DNA from: an uncultured Acidobacteriota bacterium
GTDB lineage: Bacteria > Acidobacteriota > Vicinamibacteria > Vicinamibacterales > Fen-181
Reading direction: 5' to 3'
NCBI GenBank assembly: GCA_963776495.1
Contig: CAVZMW010000006.1
Location: 370,435-434,434, forward strand
Length of the DNA: 64,000 nt
The notes under the pieces were generated by a model, which saw only the letters and a list, made by a program, of their open reading frames with translations, searched no databases and had not been told where the DNA came from. A program made the position numbers and the translations under genes. Shown one piece after another: positions 43,611 through 51,580 of this stretch; position 1 is the first letter of the stretch; each line of letters starts with the position of its first letter.

Positions 43611-43636
43611 GCAAAGGGCCACCGCGAAGGTGGCCC
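43611..43636 (-). terminator. GC-rich hairpin (GGGCCACC-N5-GGTGGCCC) with short T tail on the minus strand
   Basis: It is a perfect 8-bp stem at 43616-43636, followed on the minus strand by TTTG. It separates the decayed islet from the caspase/CHAT operon promoter region. Confidence 0.4.
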
Positions 43637-43907
43637 CTCGATAGCCTCTGCGCTACGCACAGCGCCCGAGTTTGCGTCAGTGTTCCGCCCGATCACCGCG
43701 GCCTGGTCCGAACTGCAGAAACGCGATCGCTCCACGCCATCAGCCGACCGGCTCCAGCTCAAACTGCGTGTTCATAATGCGAGACAAGTCCCCTGCCGAA
43801 TGCGAGCCCGGCGAGGCAGATCAGCCCCCAGCAAACGTTCCTGACGGGCCCACAGCAGGCGTGCGTGGAGGTCTGCTTGAGCCGTGTGTCTCTGTTCTGG
43901 CCCGGGA

Positions 43908-44654
43908 ACTAAGAGTCCTTCTTCGCGGGAAGCTCCAACATCGCTGTCAGAAGCCGATCCGATACGCCCGCTTTCTTGAGATTCACCAGTGAATCCGTGT
44001 CGATGGCAAATGGAGTTTGGCTGTTCTTAATTCTTGCCAGAATCACGTCCTCAGCAACCCCGGCTGCGACAGCTTGATGACGTCGTCATTCGTCATCTTG
44101 ATGCTGGCGGCGCTGTCCTCGACAGTCCCGCCACTACCAAGCTGAGTGGCCAGCGTTCTCTCTTCGGGGAGAGCGGAGGAGGAGGAGATGGTTCCCGGGC
44201 TGATCCGGCTATTTCCTTGAGCTGATCGACCAGGCGCGACGCGACCTTTCTCGCACCTCCTCTGGCGAGTGCGCCCCACCACAAACTCCGGTCACCCGCT
44301 TCTCCCGCCCAGACCATCTCGTTGGTTGATCGGTCTATCAGCATGACGCTGACCCGTGGAGTGGTCCTTATCGGGGCTAAGCCACCCCTCGTGCCACGAT
44401 CCTTTTCGATCTTGCGCGGATCCCGTCAGCACGTAGTTCGCCTGCTCCCGCTTGAGCACGATCTTAGGGGCACCTGCGTGGCCAGCACCGGCACGGATGT
44501 ACCCATCAAGACCGTTGTCCATCTTCTCGACATAGACGCCCCCACCACTGGGCAAAATCCACTTTGGCGACTCCTGTGGCGACTCCGAGCGCGAGGCTGG
44601 GGTCAGGATCAGAGCACAACAAATCAAGAGCAGTCGCCGTCTCAGGTAGAGCAC
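43908..44654 (-). pseudogene. Decayed exported-protein gene with at least three frame disruptions
   Basis: The coding signal hops between frames. The first piece is LRRRLLLICCALILTPA...YVLTGSAQDRK...KDHSTG (ORF 44292..44756). The second is SVMLIDRSTNEMVWAGEAGD...RLVDQLKEI (44093..44344). The third is GTVEDSAASIKMTNDDVIKLSQPG (44043..44282). The fourth is AEDVILARIKNSQTPFAIDTDSLVNLKKAGVSDRLLTAMLELPAKKDS with a stop at 43908-43910. Confidence 0.55.
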
Positions 44655-45133
44655 CCTCCCCAAAAGAACGCGTAGCGAACCGTACAGCCGAAGGATGCCC
44701 CTCGACGCTTGCGTTCCCAGACCACTTGCCCGGTCGCCTTGTCGATGAACTGGCACATGACCACGATCTTCCCCTTGCCGGCGCCGAAGCCAATCAGGTA
44801 CCTCGCCGCCTGGCTGCCCTGCGAGAACTCGATGACCTTTCCCTTCAGGAGCAGCACGCGCTCGGCGTCCGGCTTCGTTACCTTCGGGTCGGTGAAATCG
44901 GCCACCCGGGGGAACTTGTGGAGGCCAATCACACGCTGCTGGACGTCCTCACGCAGCGTGGGAATCCACGCGTCCGGCATCGGCTCCTTCGTCTCCATCT
45001 TCGGGTTCTCGAAGTTCTCGACCTCGAACGCCGTGAACTCCTTGAACTTCACCGTCGGCTTCTTCTCCTCCGCGGTCGCCGAGACTCCCAGAAGACATGC
45101 GACAACGAGCACGGAAGCGATCGCTCTCGGCAT
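44642..45133 (-). CDS. Lipoprotein, DUF4410-like
   Basis: MPRAIASVLVVAC is a lipobox. ...KGKVIEFSQGSQAARYLIGFGAGKGKIVVMCQFIDKATGQVVWE follows. An AGGAGG SD lies 6 nt upstream of ATG 45133. Confidence 0.6.
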   Translation of the reverse strand: MPRAIASVLVVACLLGVSATAEEKKPTVKFKEFTAFEVENFENPKMETKEPMPDAWIPTLREDVQQRVIGLHKFPRVADFTDPKVTKPDAERVLLLKGKVIEFSQGSQAARYLIGFGAGKGKIVVMCQFIDKATGQVVWERKRRGASFGCTVRYAFFWGGCST

Positions 45134-45219
45134 AAAGCCTCCTGAAGATGGCCTCCCAGAAGACATGCGACAACGAGCACGGAAGCGATCGCTCTCGGCA
45201 TAAAGCCTCCTGAAGATGG
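45085..45219. repeat. Perfect tandem duplication (67 nt, 68-nt period) of the lipoprotein SD + start codon + signal-peptide codons
   Basis: ctcccagaagacatgcgacaacgagcacggaagcgatcgctctcggcataaagcctcctgaagatgg occurs at 45085-45151 and again at 45153-45219. Confidence 0.95.
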
Positions 45220-45228
45220 TCCGCGGAC

Positions 45229-45336
45229 ATTCTCCGCGATGTCCTCGGTTGATGAGAACCCCCACGGCGACCACGCCGGACGATTCTCCGCGATGTCCTC
45301 GGTTGATGAGAACCCCCACGGCGACCACGCCCGACG
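45229..45336. repeat. 54-nt tandem repeat x2 (1 mismatch) plus the start of a third unit
   Basis: attctccgcgatgtcctcggttgatgagaacccccacggcgaccacgcc(g/c)gacg occurs at 45229-45282 and 45283-45336, then attcccc.... Confidence 0.95.
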
Positions 45337-45716
45337 ATTCCCCGACGGTCGAACCCCTCCCCCTTCCCTCGCCACGACGCCGGGTTGAGAAGGAGGTCGC
45401 AGTTGAGCGCTTGCCGCAGCCCGCAGGTGGCGCCCTTGGGGAATCAGCTCGCGACCGTTCGGTTGAGGCAGCCCAAGCCCATCACGGGAATTCGGAAGCC
45501 GAAGAACCGCAAGCAGGCCCTTCGGCCTGAGGAGCGGCTCGTGAGCGAACCGTCCGGCCGGCGCCATCATACCTCAACCGTTTCGGGTCGGTATCGGCTG
45601 CTTCTTCACCGCCTTCTCGCGCGGGCCGGGCGGGATCGTCATGCGAGGTGCCGCCGCCTGCACCTCGCCGCCGTCGAGGATGCCGGCCGAGATGCCGGCG
45701 CGGGCGTCCGTCGAAC

Positions 45717-46232
45717 TTACTGGACCCCGGCCGCTTCCCGCCAGGCCTTCATCGCCTCGGGCGGCAGCTTGTCGGAGTGCTTGACGAAGGCGATCACCTT
45801 CCAGATGTCCTGGTCGCTCAGCGTGCCGTCCCAGCTCGGCATGCCGGTCATGCGGATGCCGTGCTTGGTGACCCACCAGAGGTCCGCGTCCGGATCCCCG
45901 GGGATCCGGTTGATGATCTGGGGAACAGGCGGGCTAAATTTCGCCCGGAGCTTGCTGATGCGATCGGCGGCGCCGCCGTGGCAGAGCGAGCAGTGCATCT
46001 CGAACAACTGCGCCCCGTCGGAGAGGTTGGCAGCCGTGGGCTGGATAGGGTTCTCGACCTGTGGTGCGTGGCTGCCGACGTAGGCGTCGGTCGCCATGTT
46101 GGCCGCCCAGCGCTCGAGCGAGCCCGGGGGGTTGTCGGCGCCGATGGGGAACCAGCCGCGGTTGGCGACGAGGAACCCTCCGCAGGCGAGGACCAGCAGG
46201 GTGACGGCGACGCCGACGAAGAATCCGCGCAT
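45717..46232 (-). CDS. Membrane-anchored c-type cytochrome
   Basis: The N-terminal TM segment is MRGFFVGVAVTLLVLACGGFLV. The haem motif CSLCHG is present, with distal Met context HGIRMTGMPSW. An AAGGAGG SD precedes ATG 46232. Confidence 0.8.
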   Translation of the reverse strand: MRGFFVGVAVTLLVLACGGFLVANRGWFPIGADNPPGSLERWAANMATDAYVGSHAPQVENPIQPTAANLSDGAQLFEMHCSLCHGGAADRISKLRAKFSPPVPQIINRIPGDPDADLWWVTKHGIRMTGMPSWDGTLSDQDIWKVIAFVKHSDKLPPEAMKAWREAAGVQ

Positions 46233-46294
46233 GCTGCCTCCTTTGGGTCTCGAGAAGGGTCCGCGCGGGCGCCTGTCGCCGCGGGACCGCCCGG

Positions 46295-46582
46295 TCAACT
46301 CTTGGCTTCGCCGCGCCGCTTCTCCCAGTGCTGCTTCATGCGGCGGCTCGCGGCCTTTCGCGCGGCGGCCGACCACGGCTTCCGCCGCTTGACGAGGCCG
46401 CCTCCGGCGCTGGCGGCCTCCGCCCTGACGAGGAACGACACCGGCAATTCGTCGGGGTCGAAGGCGTCGCCGAGATCGGGAAACAGGTCCAGCAGGAGTT
46501 CCGCTTCGTTCTTGAGTTCCTGCAGCCTGATGGCGGCGCCGCGCCTGGCGAGTTCCAGGACGTGGGGAGAGTGCTTGGGCAT
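46295..46582 (-). CDS. Small basic protein of unknown function
   Basis: The 95-aa product has an acidic/helical N half (ELKNEAELLLDLFPDLGDAFDPDELPVSF). Its C half is Lys/Arg-rich (KRRKPWSAAARKAASRRMKQHWEKRR). No family is assigned. Confidence 0.5.
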   Translation of the reverse strand: MPKHSPHVLELARRGAAIRLQELKNEAELLLDLFPDLGDAFDPDELPVSFLVRAEAASAGGGLVKRRKPWSAAARKAASRRMKQHWEKRRGEAKS

Positions 46583-46638
46583 GTGTCACCTCGTGGTCCA
46601 CGACGTGCGCCCGGCATGGCCCTCCGACGTGCTGCGGG

Positions 46639-46712
46639 GACGAACGCCCGTCGTGTTCGGCGTCCGTCCCGGCAGAGGGTCTTGCGGTGATTGTAGCGGA
46701 GTCGCCGGGGAA
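46639..46712 (+). repeat. 74-nt repeat, copy 1 (upstream of the TonB-dependent receptor)
   Basis: The sequence is gacgaacgcccgtcgtgttcggcgtccgtcccggcagagggtcttgcggtgattgtagcggagtcgccggggaa. It is 69/74 identical to 49126-49199. Confidence 0.9.
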
Positions 46713-46904
46713 TCGCACCCAATCCCGAGGCATTCCCCCCGCGGCTCCGGCGTTTGACAGGGACCGGGGGCGGCGCTAGTTTGAGATATTCACGCTATCC
46801 TCGCGCCGTGCGCCTGGAGGAAGACCATGCCGCCGCCGCAGTCGTGTCCTGCTCCAGGGCGCCCCACGTCACGGATCGGCGGGCCGAGGGCGAGCGGCGT
46901 CGCG

Positions 46905-49097
46905 ATGGCGATCGCCGCGGTTCTGGTCGTCGCGGCGCTGCCGGCCTTCGCGACGATCTTCTCGACGGTGAAGGGCGTGGTCCACGACCCTCAGCACCGG
47001 CCGATTCCCGGCGCGGTGGTGACGCTGAAGGCCGCGCACGCCGACTGGACGACCACGTCGGTCACGACCGCCGACGGCGAGTTCCTGTTCGCCGCCGTGC
47101 CGGTGGGTGATTACACGGTCGCCGTCGCCATCGACGGGTTCGCCCCGGCGGCGCAGTCGATCACCGTCGTGTCGGGCTCGGCGCCCATCCTCCACATTCA
47201 GCTCGCGCTGGCGGGCGTCGCCGAAGCGGTGACGGTGAACGCGGGCCCGTCCGACGTCCATTTCGGCTCGATGACTCCCACGACGCTCGTGAGCCGGCAG
47301 GACGTGCAGGCGACGCCCGGCGCCGACCGGGCGAACGGGCTCGAGGGCATCACCGCCTTCGTGCCCGGCGCGTACGTGACGCACGACCAGTTGCACGTCC
47401 GCGGCGGCCACCAGGTGAGCTGGTTCGTGGACGGCGTGCCCGTGCCGAACACGAACATCGCCTCCAACGTCGGGCCGCAGTTCGATCCGAACGACGTGGA
47501 CTATCTCGAGGTCCTGCGGGGCGGCTACGACGCGCAATACGGCGATCGGACCTACGCGGTCTTCAACGTCGTCCCCCGCTCGGGGTTCGAGCGCAACAAC
47601 GACGCCGACGTGACGCTCACCGCGGGGAGCTACTCGCAGGCCAGCGGCCGGTTGAGTCTCGGGGGGCACACCGAGCGCTTCGCGTACTTTGCGAGCGCGA
47701 ACGCGAACCGCAGCGACCTGGGCCTGGGCACGCCGGTCGCCGACGTGGTCCACGACGGCGAGTCGGGCGGCGGGGGGTTCCTGTCATTGATCCTGAACGC
47801 CACGCCGACCAGCCAGCTGCGCCTGGTGGCCTCGGCCAGGCACGACAGTTATCAGATCCCGAACGGCCCCGCCGACGTCGCGAACGCCGTCGCCGACGAC
47901 GAGCGCGAATCGGACGCCTTCGTCAACTTCTCCTGGGTCCGGACGTTCAAGTCCGGCTACCTGCTGACCGTCTCGCCCTTCTATCACCTGAACTCGGCGA
48001 ACTACGAGGGTGGGCCGCACGATCCGATCGTGACCGTAGACGAGCGGCGGTCGCAGTATGGCGGGGCCCAGGCGGTCTTCAGTGGCGAGGTTCGGCGGCA
48101 CACGCTGGAGGTCGGGTTCTACGGCTTCCACCAGCAGGACGACCAGGTGTTCGCCCTCACGTTCGGCGACGGCAGCAACCCGAATTTCGCGTCGCGCGAG
48201 CGGCCCACCGGCAACCTGGTCGCCGTGTTCGCGCAGGACAAGTTCAGGGCGACCTCGTGGCTGACGCTCACCGCCGGCCTGCGCCAGACCCGCTTCGCCG
48301 GCGGCATCACCGAGTCGGCGACGAGCCCCCGCCTGGGCGCCTCGATCCGGGTTCCGTCGCTCGGCTGGGTGGTCCGGGGCTTTTACGGCCGCTTCTACCA
48401 GGCGGCGCCGCTCGTCACCGCGTCCGGCCCGCTGCTGCAGTTTGTGACGAGCCAGGACCTCGCATTTCTCCCGCTGCACGGGGAACGCGACGAGGAGTAC
48501 CAGGTGGGCGTGACCGTGCCGCTGCGCCGGTGGACCATCGACGCCGACCACTTCCGGACCAGCGCGACGAATTACTTCGACCACAACCCGGTGGGCAACT
48601 CGAACGTGTACTTTCCGCTCACGATCGACGGCGCGCGCATCCGCGGCACCGAGGTCACCGTGCGCTCGCCGCGATCGAGCACGCTCGGGCAGTTCCACCT
48701 CGCCTATTCGTACCAGGTCGCCGAGGGCCGGGGCGCCATCAGCGGAGGGCTCACCGACTTCTCGTCGGGCGGGGGCAGCTTCCCGCTCGATCACGACCAG
48801 CGGCACACCTTCAGCGCCGGCGTCGACGCGCGGCTGCCGCGCGGTGTGTCCGCGTCGGCCACCGTCTACTACGGGTCCGGGTTCACCGACAACGGCGGGC
48901 CCGCCCACCTGCCCGGGCACACCACGGTCAACCTCTCGATGGGCAAGTCGCTCTCCAGCCGCCTGTCGGTGTCGGTCACCGCGCTCAACGTCGCGAACAG
49001 CCACCTGCTCATCGACAACAGCCTGACGTTCGGCGGCACCCACTACAACAACCCGCGCGAGGTCTACGCGCAGCTCCGGTACCGCTTCCATTACTGA
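46905..49097 (+). CDS. TonB-dependent outer-membrane receptor with N-terminal CarboxypepD_reg-like domain
   Basis: The signal peptide is MAIAAVLVVAALPAFA. GVVHDPQHRPIPGAVVTL...TTADGEFLF..VPVGDYTV is the CarboxypepD_reg-like part. A plug region (VEVLRGGYDAQYGD) and a C-terminal beta-barrel ending YAQLRYRFHY follow. Confidence 0.85.
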   Translation: MAIAAVLVVAALPAFATIFSTVKGVVHDPQHRPIPGAVVTLKAAHADWTTTSVTTADGEFLFAAVPVGDYTVAVAIDGFAPAAQSITVVSGSAPILHIQLALAGVAEAVTVNAGPSDVHFGSMTPTTLVSRQDVQATPGADRANGLEGITAFVPGAYVTHDQLHVRGGHQVSWFVDGVPVPNTNIASNVGPQFDPNDVDYLEVLRGGYDAQYGDRTYAVFNVVPRSGFERNNDADVTLTAGSYSQASGRLSLGGHTERFAYFASANANRSDLGLGTPVADVVHDGESGGGGFLSLILNATPTSQLRLVASARHDSYQIPNGPADVANAVADDERESDAFVNFSWVRTFKSGYLLTVSPFYHLNSANYEGGPHDPIVTVDERRSQYGGAQAVFSGEVRRHTLEVGFYGFHQQDDQVFALTFGDGSNPNFASRERPTGNLVAVFAQDKFRATSWLTLTAGLRQTRFAGGITESATSPRLGASIRVPSLGWVVRGFYGRFYQAAPLVTASGPLLQFVTSQDLAFLPLHGERDEEYQVGVTVPLRRWTIDADHFRTSATNYFDHNPVGNSNVYFPLTIDGARIRGTEVTVRSPRSSTLGQFHLAYSYQVAEGRGAISGGLTDFSSGGGSFPLDHDQRHTFSAGVDARLPRGVSASATVYYGSGFTDNGGPAHLPGHTTVNLSMGKSLSSRLSVSVTALNVANSHLLIDNSLTFGGTHYNNPREVYAQLRYRFHY

Positions 49098-49125
49098 AGG
49101 CCGGACGGGCCGGCTGCGCCGCGGC

Positions 49126-49199
49126 GACGAACGCCCGCCTGGTTCGGCGTCCGTCCCGGCAGAGGGTCTTGCGGGGATTGTGGCGGAGTCGCCGGGGAA
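49126..49199 (+). repeat. 74-nt repeat, copy 2 (downstream of the TonB-dependent receptor)
   Basis: The sequence is gacgaacgcccgcctggttcggcgtccgtcccggcagagggtcttgcggggattgtggcggagtcgccggggaa, in the same orientation as copy 1. Confidence 0.9.
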
Positions 49200-49215
49200 G
49201 GTCGCCCGGTCGCGG

Positions 49216-50742
49216 TCAGGCGACCGCCACACGCCCGTCCAGCGCTTCGCGCACCGCCCGGGCGAGCCCCTGGGCCGTGAACGGCTTGGCGAGCAGGGGA
49301 GCGGCCGACGCCGACACCGATCGCTCGATGGCCGGATGCTCGGCGTGGCCCGACATGAAGAGGACCTTCGTGCCGGCCCTGACCCGAGCGATGCTCGCGG
49401 CCACGTCCCACCCGTTCATCTGCGGCATCACGACGTCGGAGATCAGGAGGTCGATCGGTCCGGCGTGGCGCTCGAGGGCGCGAAGCGCCGCCGCCCCGCT
49501 CGGCGCCTCCAGCACCAGGTAGCCGCACCCCCGCAGCGTCTCGCACACGAGCCGTCGGACGTCGTCCTCGTCTTCGACGACCAGCAGCGTTCCGCTCCCT
49601 GGCGGCGGATCGCAGGTGGCCTGCTCGGCCGCCGCGGTCTCCTCGACGCCTTCGAGGCAGGGCAGGGAGACGGTGAACCTGGCGCCCTTCCCGACCTCGC
49701 TGCGGGCATGGATGTAGCCGCCGCTCTGCTTGACGATGCCGTAGGTGGTGGACAGCCCGAGCCCGGTGCCCTTCCCGGCCTCCTTGGTCGTGAAGAACGG
49801 TTCGAACAGGTGCGCCATCGTCTCCGCATCCATGCCGCAGCCGTCGTCATCGACCGACAGCGTGACGTAGCGGCCGGGGATCAGGCCGGCATGCGCGGCG
49901 GCGCACGGGGCGTCCACCTCCGCGATCGCGGTCTCGATCGTCAGCGTGCCGCCGCCGGGCATGGCATCGCGCGCGTTGATCGCGAGATTCATGATCACCT
50001 GCTCGATCTGGCTCGGATCGGCCGTCACGCACGACCGACCCGGCGCCAGGTTCAGCACCAGCCGGACGTCCTCGCCGATCAGCCGGCGCAGCAGCTTGCT
50101 CATGTCGGTGACCACGGCGTTGAGATCGAGCGGCCGCGGCGCCAGGATCTGGCGCCGGCTGAACGCCAGCAACTGGCGGGTGAGTCCGCCGGCGCGCATC
50201 GCGGCCGCCTTGATGGCGTCGGCGGCCCGCTGCAAGGGGGCCTGGCCTTCCAGCCCGGCCACCAGCAGGTCGCTGTAGCCGCTGATGACGGTCAGCAGGT
50301 TGTTGAAGTCGTGCGCGATCCCGCCGGCGAGCCGGCCGATGGCCTCCATCTTCTGCGATTGGCGCAGCCGGGCTTCCAGGTCCTCGCGCGCCGCGGCGTC
50401 CTGGCAGATCGACAGGAAGGCGCGCACCGCGCCGCCGGAATCCCGGACGGGCGTCACGGTGTTCTGCCAGCTGAACCCCGCCCCGTCCTTGCGCGACCCG
50501 GTCAGCTCCCCCCGCCAGGCGCGCCCGCTCGACAGCGTGTGCTCCAGGTCGCGACGGACCCCGACCGGCGTGCGGTCGAGACCCAGGGCGTCTTCGACCG
50601 GGCGCCCGTACAGCTCCGCCGCGGTGAATCCGGTCATCCGTTCGAAGGCGGCGTTGGCGTACAGGATGGTGCGGTCCACGCCGGTCACGAAGATGCCTTC
50701 GGCGGACTGGTCGACGGCGGAGGCCAGGAGTTCGGGGGTCAT
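49216..50742 (-). CDS. Hybrid sensor histidine kinase/response regulator (PAS-HisKA-HATPase-REC)
   Basis: The PAS region is GIFVTGVDRTILYANAAFERMTGFTAAELYG. The H-box is GGIAHDFNNLLTVISGY, with N/G boxes NLAINARDAM and GTGLGLS. The receiver is LLVVEDEDDVR...DLLISDVVMPQMNG. The start overlaps the motB stop (ATGA). Confidence 0.9.
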   Translation of the reverse strand: MTPELLASAVDQSAEGIFVTGVDRTILYANAAFERMTGFTAAELYGRPVEDALGLDRTPVGVRRDLEHTLSSGRAWRGELTGSRKDGAGFSWQNTVTPVRDSGGAVRAFLSICQDAAAREDLEARLRQSQKMEAIGRLAGGIAHDFNNLLTVISGYSDLLVAGLEGQAPLQRAADAIKAAAMRAGGLTRQLLAFSRRQILAPRPLDLNAVVTDMSKLLRRLIGEDVRLVLNLAPGRSCVTADPSQIEQVIMNLAINARDAMPGGGTLTIETAIAEVDAPCAAAHAGLIPGRYVTLSVDDDGCGMDAETMAHLFEPFFTTKEAGKGTGLGLSTTYGIVKQSGGYIHARSEVGKGARFTVSLPCLEGVEETAAAEQATCDPPPGSGTLLVVEDEDDVRRLVCETLRGCGYLVLEAPSGAAALRALERHAGPIDLLISDVVMPQMNGWDVAASIARVRAGTKVLFMSGHAEHPAIERSVSASAAPLLAKPFTAQGLARAVREALDGRVAVA

Positions 50743-51557
50743 GGCGTCGGCTGGCGGGCGCCACCGGGCGGCTCCGGCGTGATGGCGCCGTTCTGCTCCA
50801 CGTGGCGCACCAGGATGGACACGCGGCGGTTCCGGGCGTCGAGCGGATCGGCGGTGTTGCGGAGTTGCTTGTCCGCGTAGCCGCGCACCTCGAACAGTTG
50901 CTGTTCACGGAGGCCGGCCGTCTCCATCACCCGGCGCACCGCGTTCGCCCGATCGGCCGACAACTCCCAGTTGGTGTAGCCCGCGCGATTGGCGTACTGC
51001 CGCGAGTCGGTATGGCCCTCGATCAGGATGCCGTTGGGCAGCTTCTGCAGCTCCTGGCCGATCGTGGCGAAGAGCCGCTCGGCCTGCGGCGTCATCGTCG
51101 CGCTGCCGGTGTCGAAGAAGCAGGCGGAGGCGGACTCCTGCATCTCGATGCGCAGGCCTTCCGACGTCATGCGAACCTCGACCTGCCCGCGAATCTGCGC
51201 GAACTCCGGCGTCCCCTGGAGCGCCTCCTGAATCTGGGCGGCTGCCTGCTCGAGCGTCCGCCGGTCCTGCTGGATGCTCGGCGTCAGGGGTGCCGGCGCC
51301 GAGCCGTCGCTGGGATGAACGCCGCCGCCGCCTTCGAGCAGGCTGGCGCCTTTGCCCTCGGCGAAGGCCCCCGGATCCCGGAAGTACTCCCCGATGGCGT
51401 GACGGGTTTTCGAGTCCTGACCGACGAGCCACATCACCAGGAAGAAGGCCATGAGCGCGGTGACGAAGTCGGCGTAGGCGACCTTCCACGCGCCCCCGTG
51501 GTGGGGCGCGTGCTCCTGCTTCCGGGCCTTGACGATGATCGTCGGGGTGGTCTTCAT
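50739..51557 (-). CDS. motB: Flagellar stator protein MotB (OmpA-like C-terminal domain)
   Basis: HGGAWKVAYADFVTALMAFFLVMWL is the plug/TM region. The C-terminal region has GHTDS...NWELSADRANAVRR...RNRRVSILV. Confidence 0.9.
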   Translation of the reverse strand: MKTTPTIIVKARKQEHAPHHGGAWKVAYADFVTALMAFFLVMWLVGQDSKTRHAIGEYFRDPGAFAEGKGASLLEGGGGVHPSDGSAPAPLTPSIQQDRRTLEQAAAQIQEALQGTPEFAQIRGQVEVRMTSEGLRIEMQESASACFFDTGSATMTPQAERLFATIGQELQKLPNGILIEGHTDSRQYANRAGYTNWELSADRANAVRRVMETAGLREQQLFEVRGYADKQLRNTADPLDARNRRVSILVRHVEQNGAITPEPPGGARQPTP

Positions 51558-51580
51558 GGCTCAGTCGCTCGAGGACGGAC

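Noticed and set aside
39730-43644. Very long plus-strand ORF (1304 aa). There are similar antisense giants at 63..2207, 8190..10397, 10590..13052, 12869..14860, 20612..22819, 25433..27262, 28451..31159, 31770..33749 and 35502..38594.
   Set aside because: They lie antisense to genes with clear family signatures. Their translations are Arg/Gly/Pro/Ala/Asp-rich with no motifs. This is typical of stop-poor shadow frames in high-GC DNA.
45229-45336. The 54-nt repeat unit considered as a tRNA or tmRNA remnant (contains GGGGGTTCTCATCAACC on the minus strand).
   Set aside because: There is no cloverleaf and no canonical T-arm (GGTTCGAATCC-like) or acceptor pairing. The resemblance is superficial.
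45574-45876. The 100-aa minus-strand ORF downstream of the cytochrome c gene, and the other ORFs across 45337-45716.
   Set aside because: They overlap the cytochrome c coding region in another frame, or have junk-like composition with no SD or motif. The region is left unannotated.
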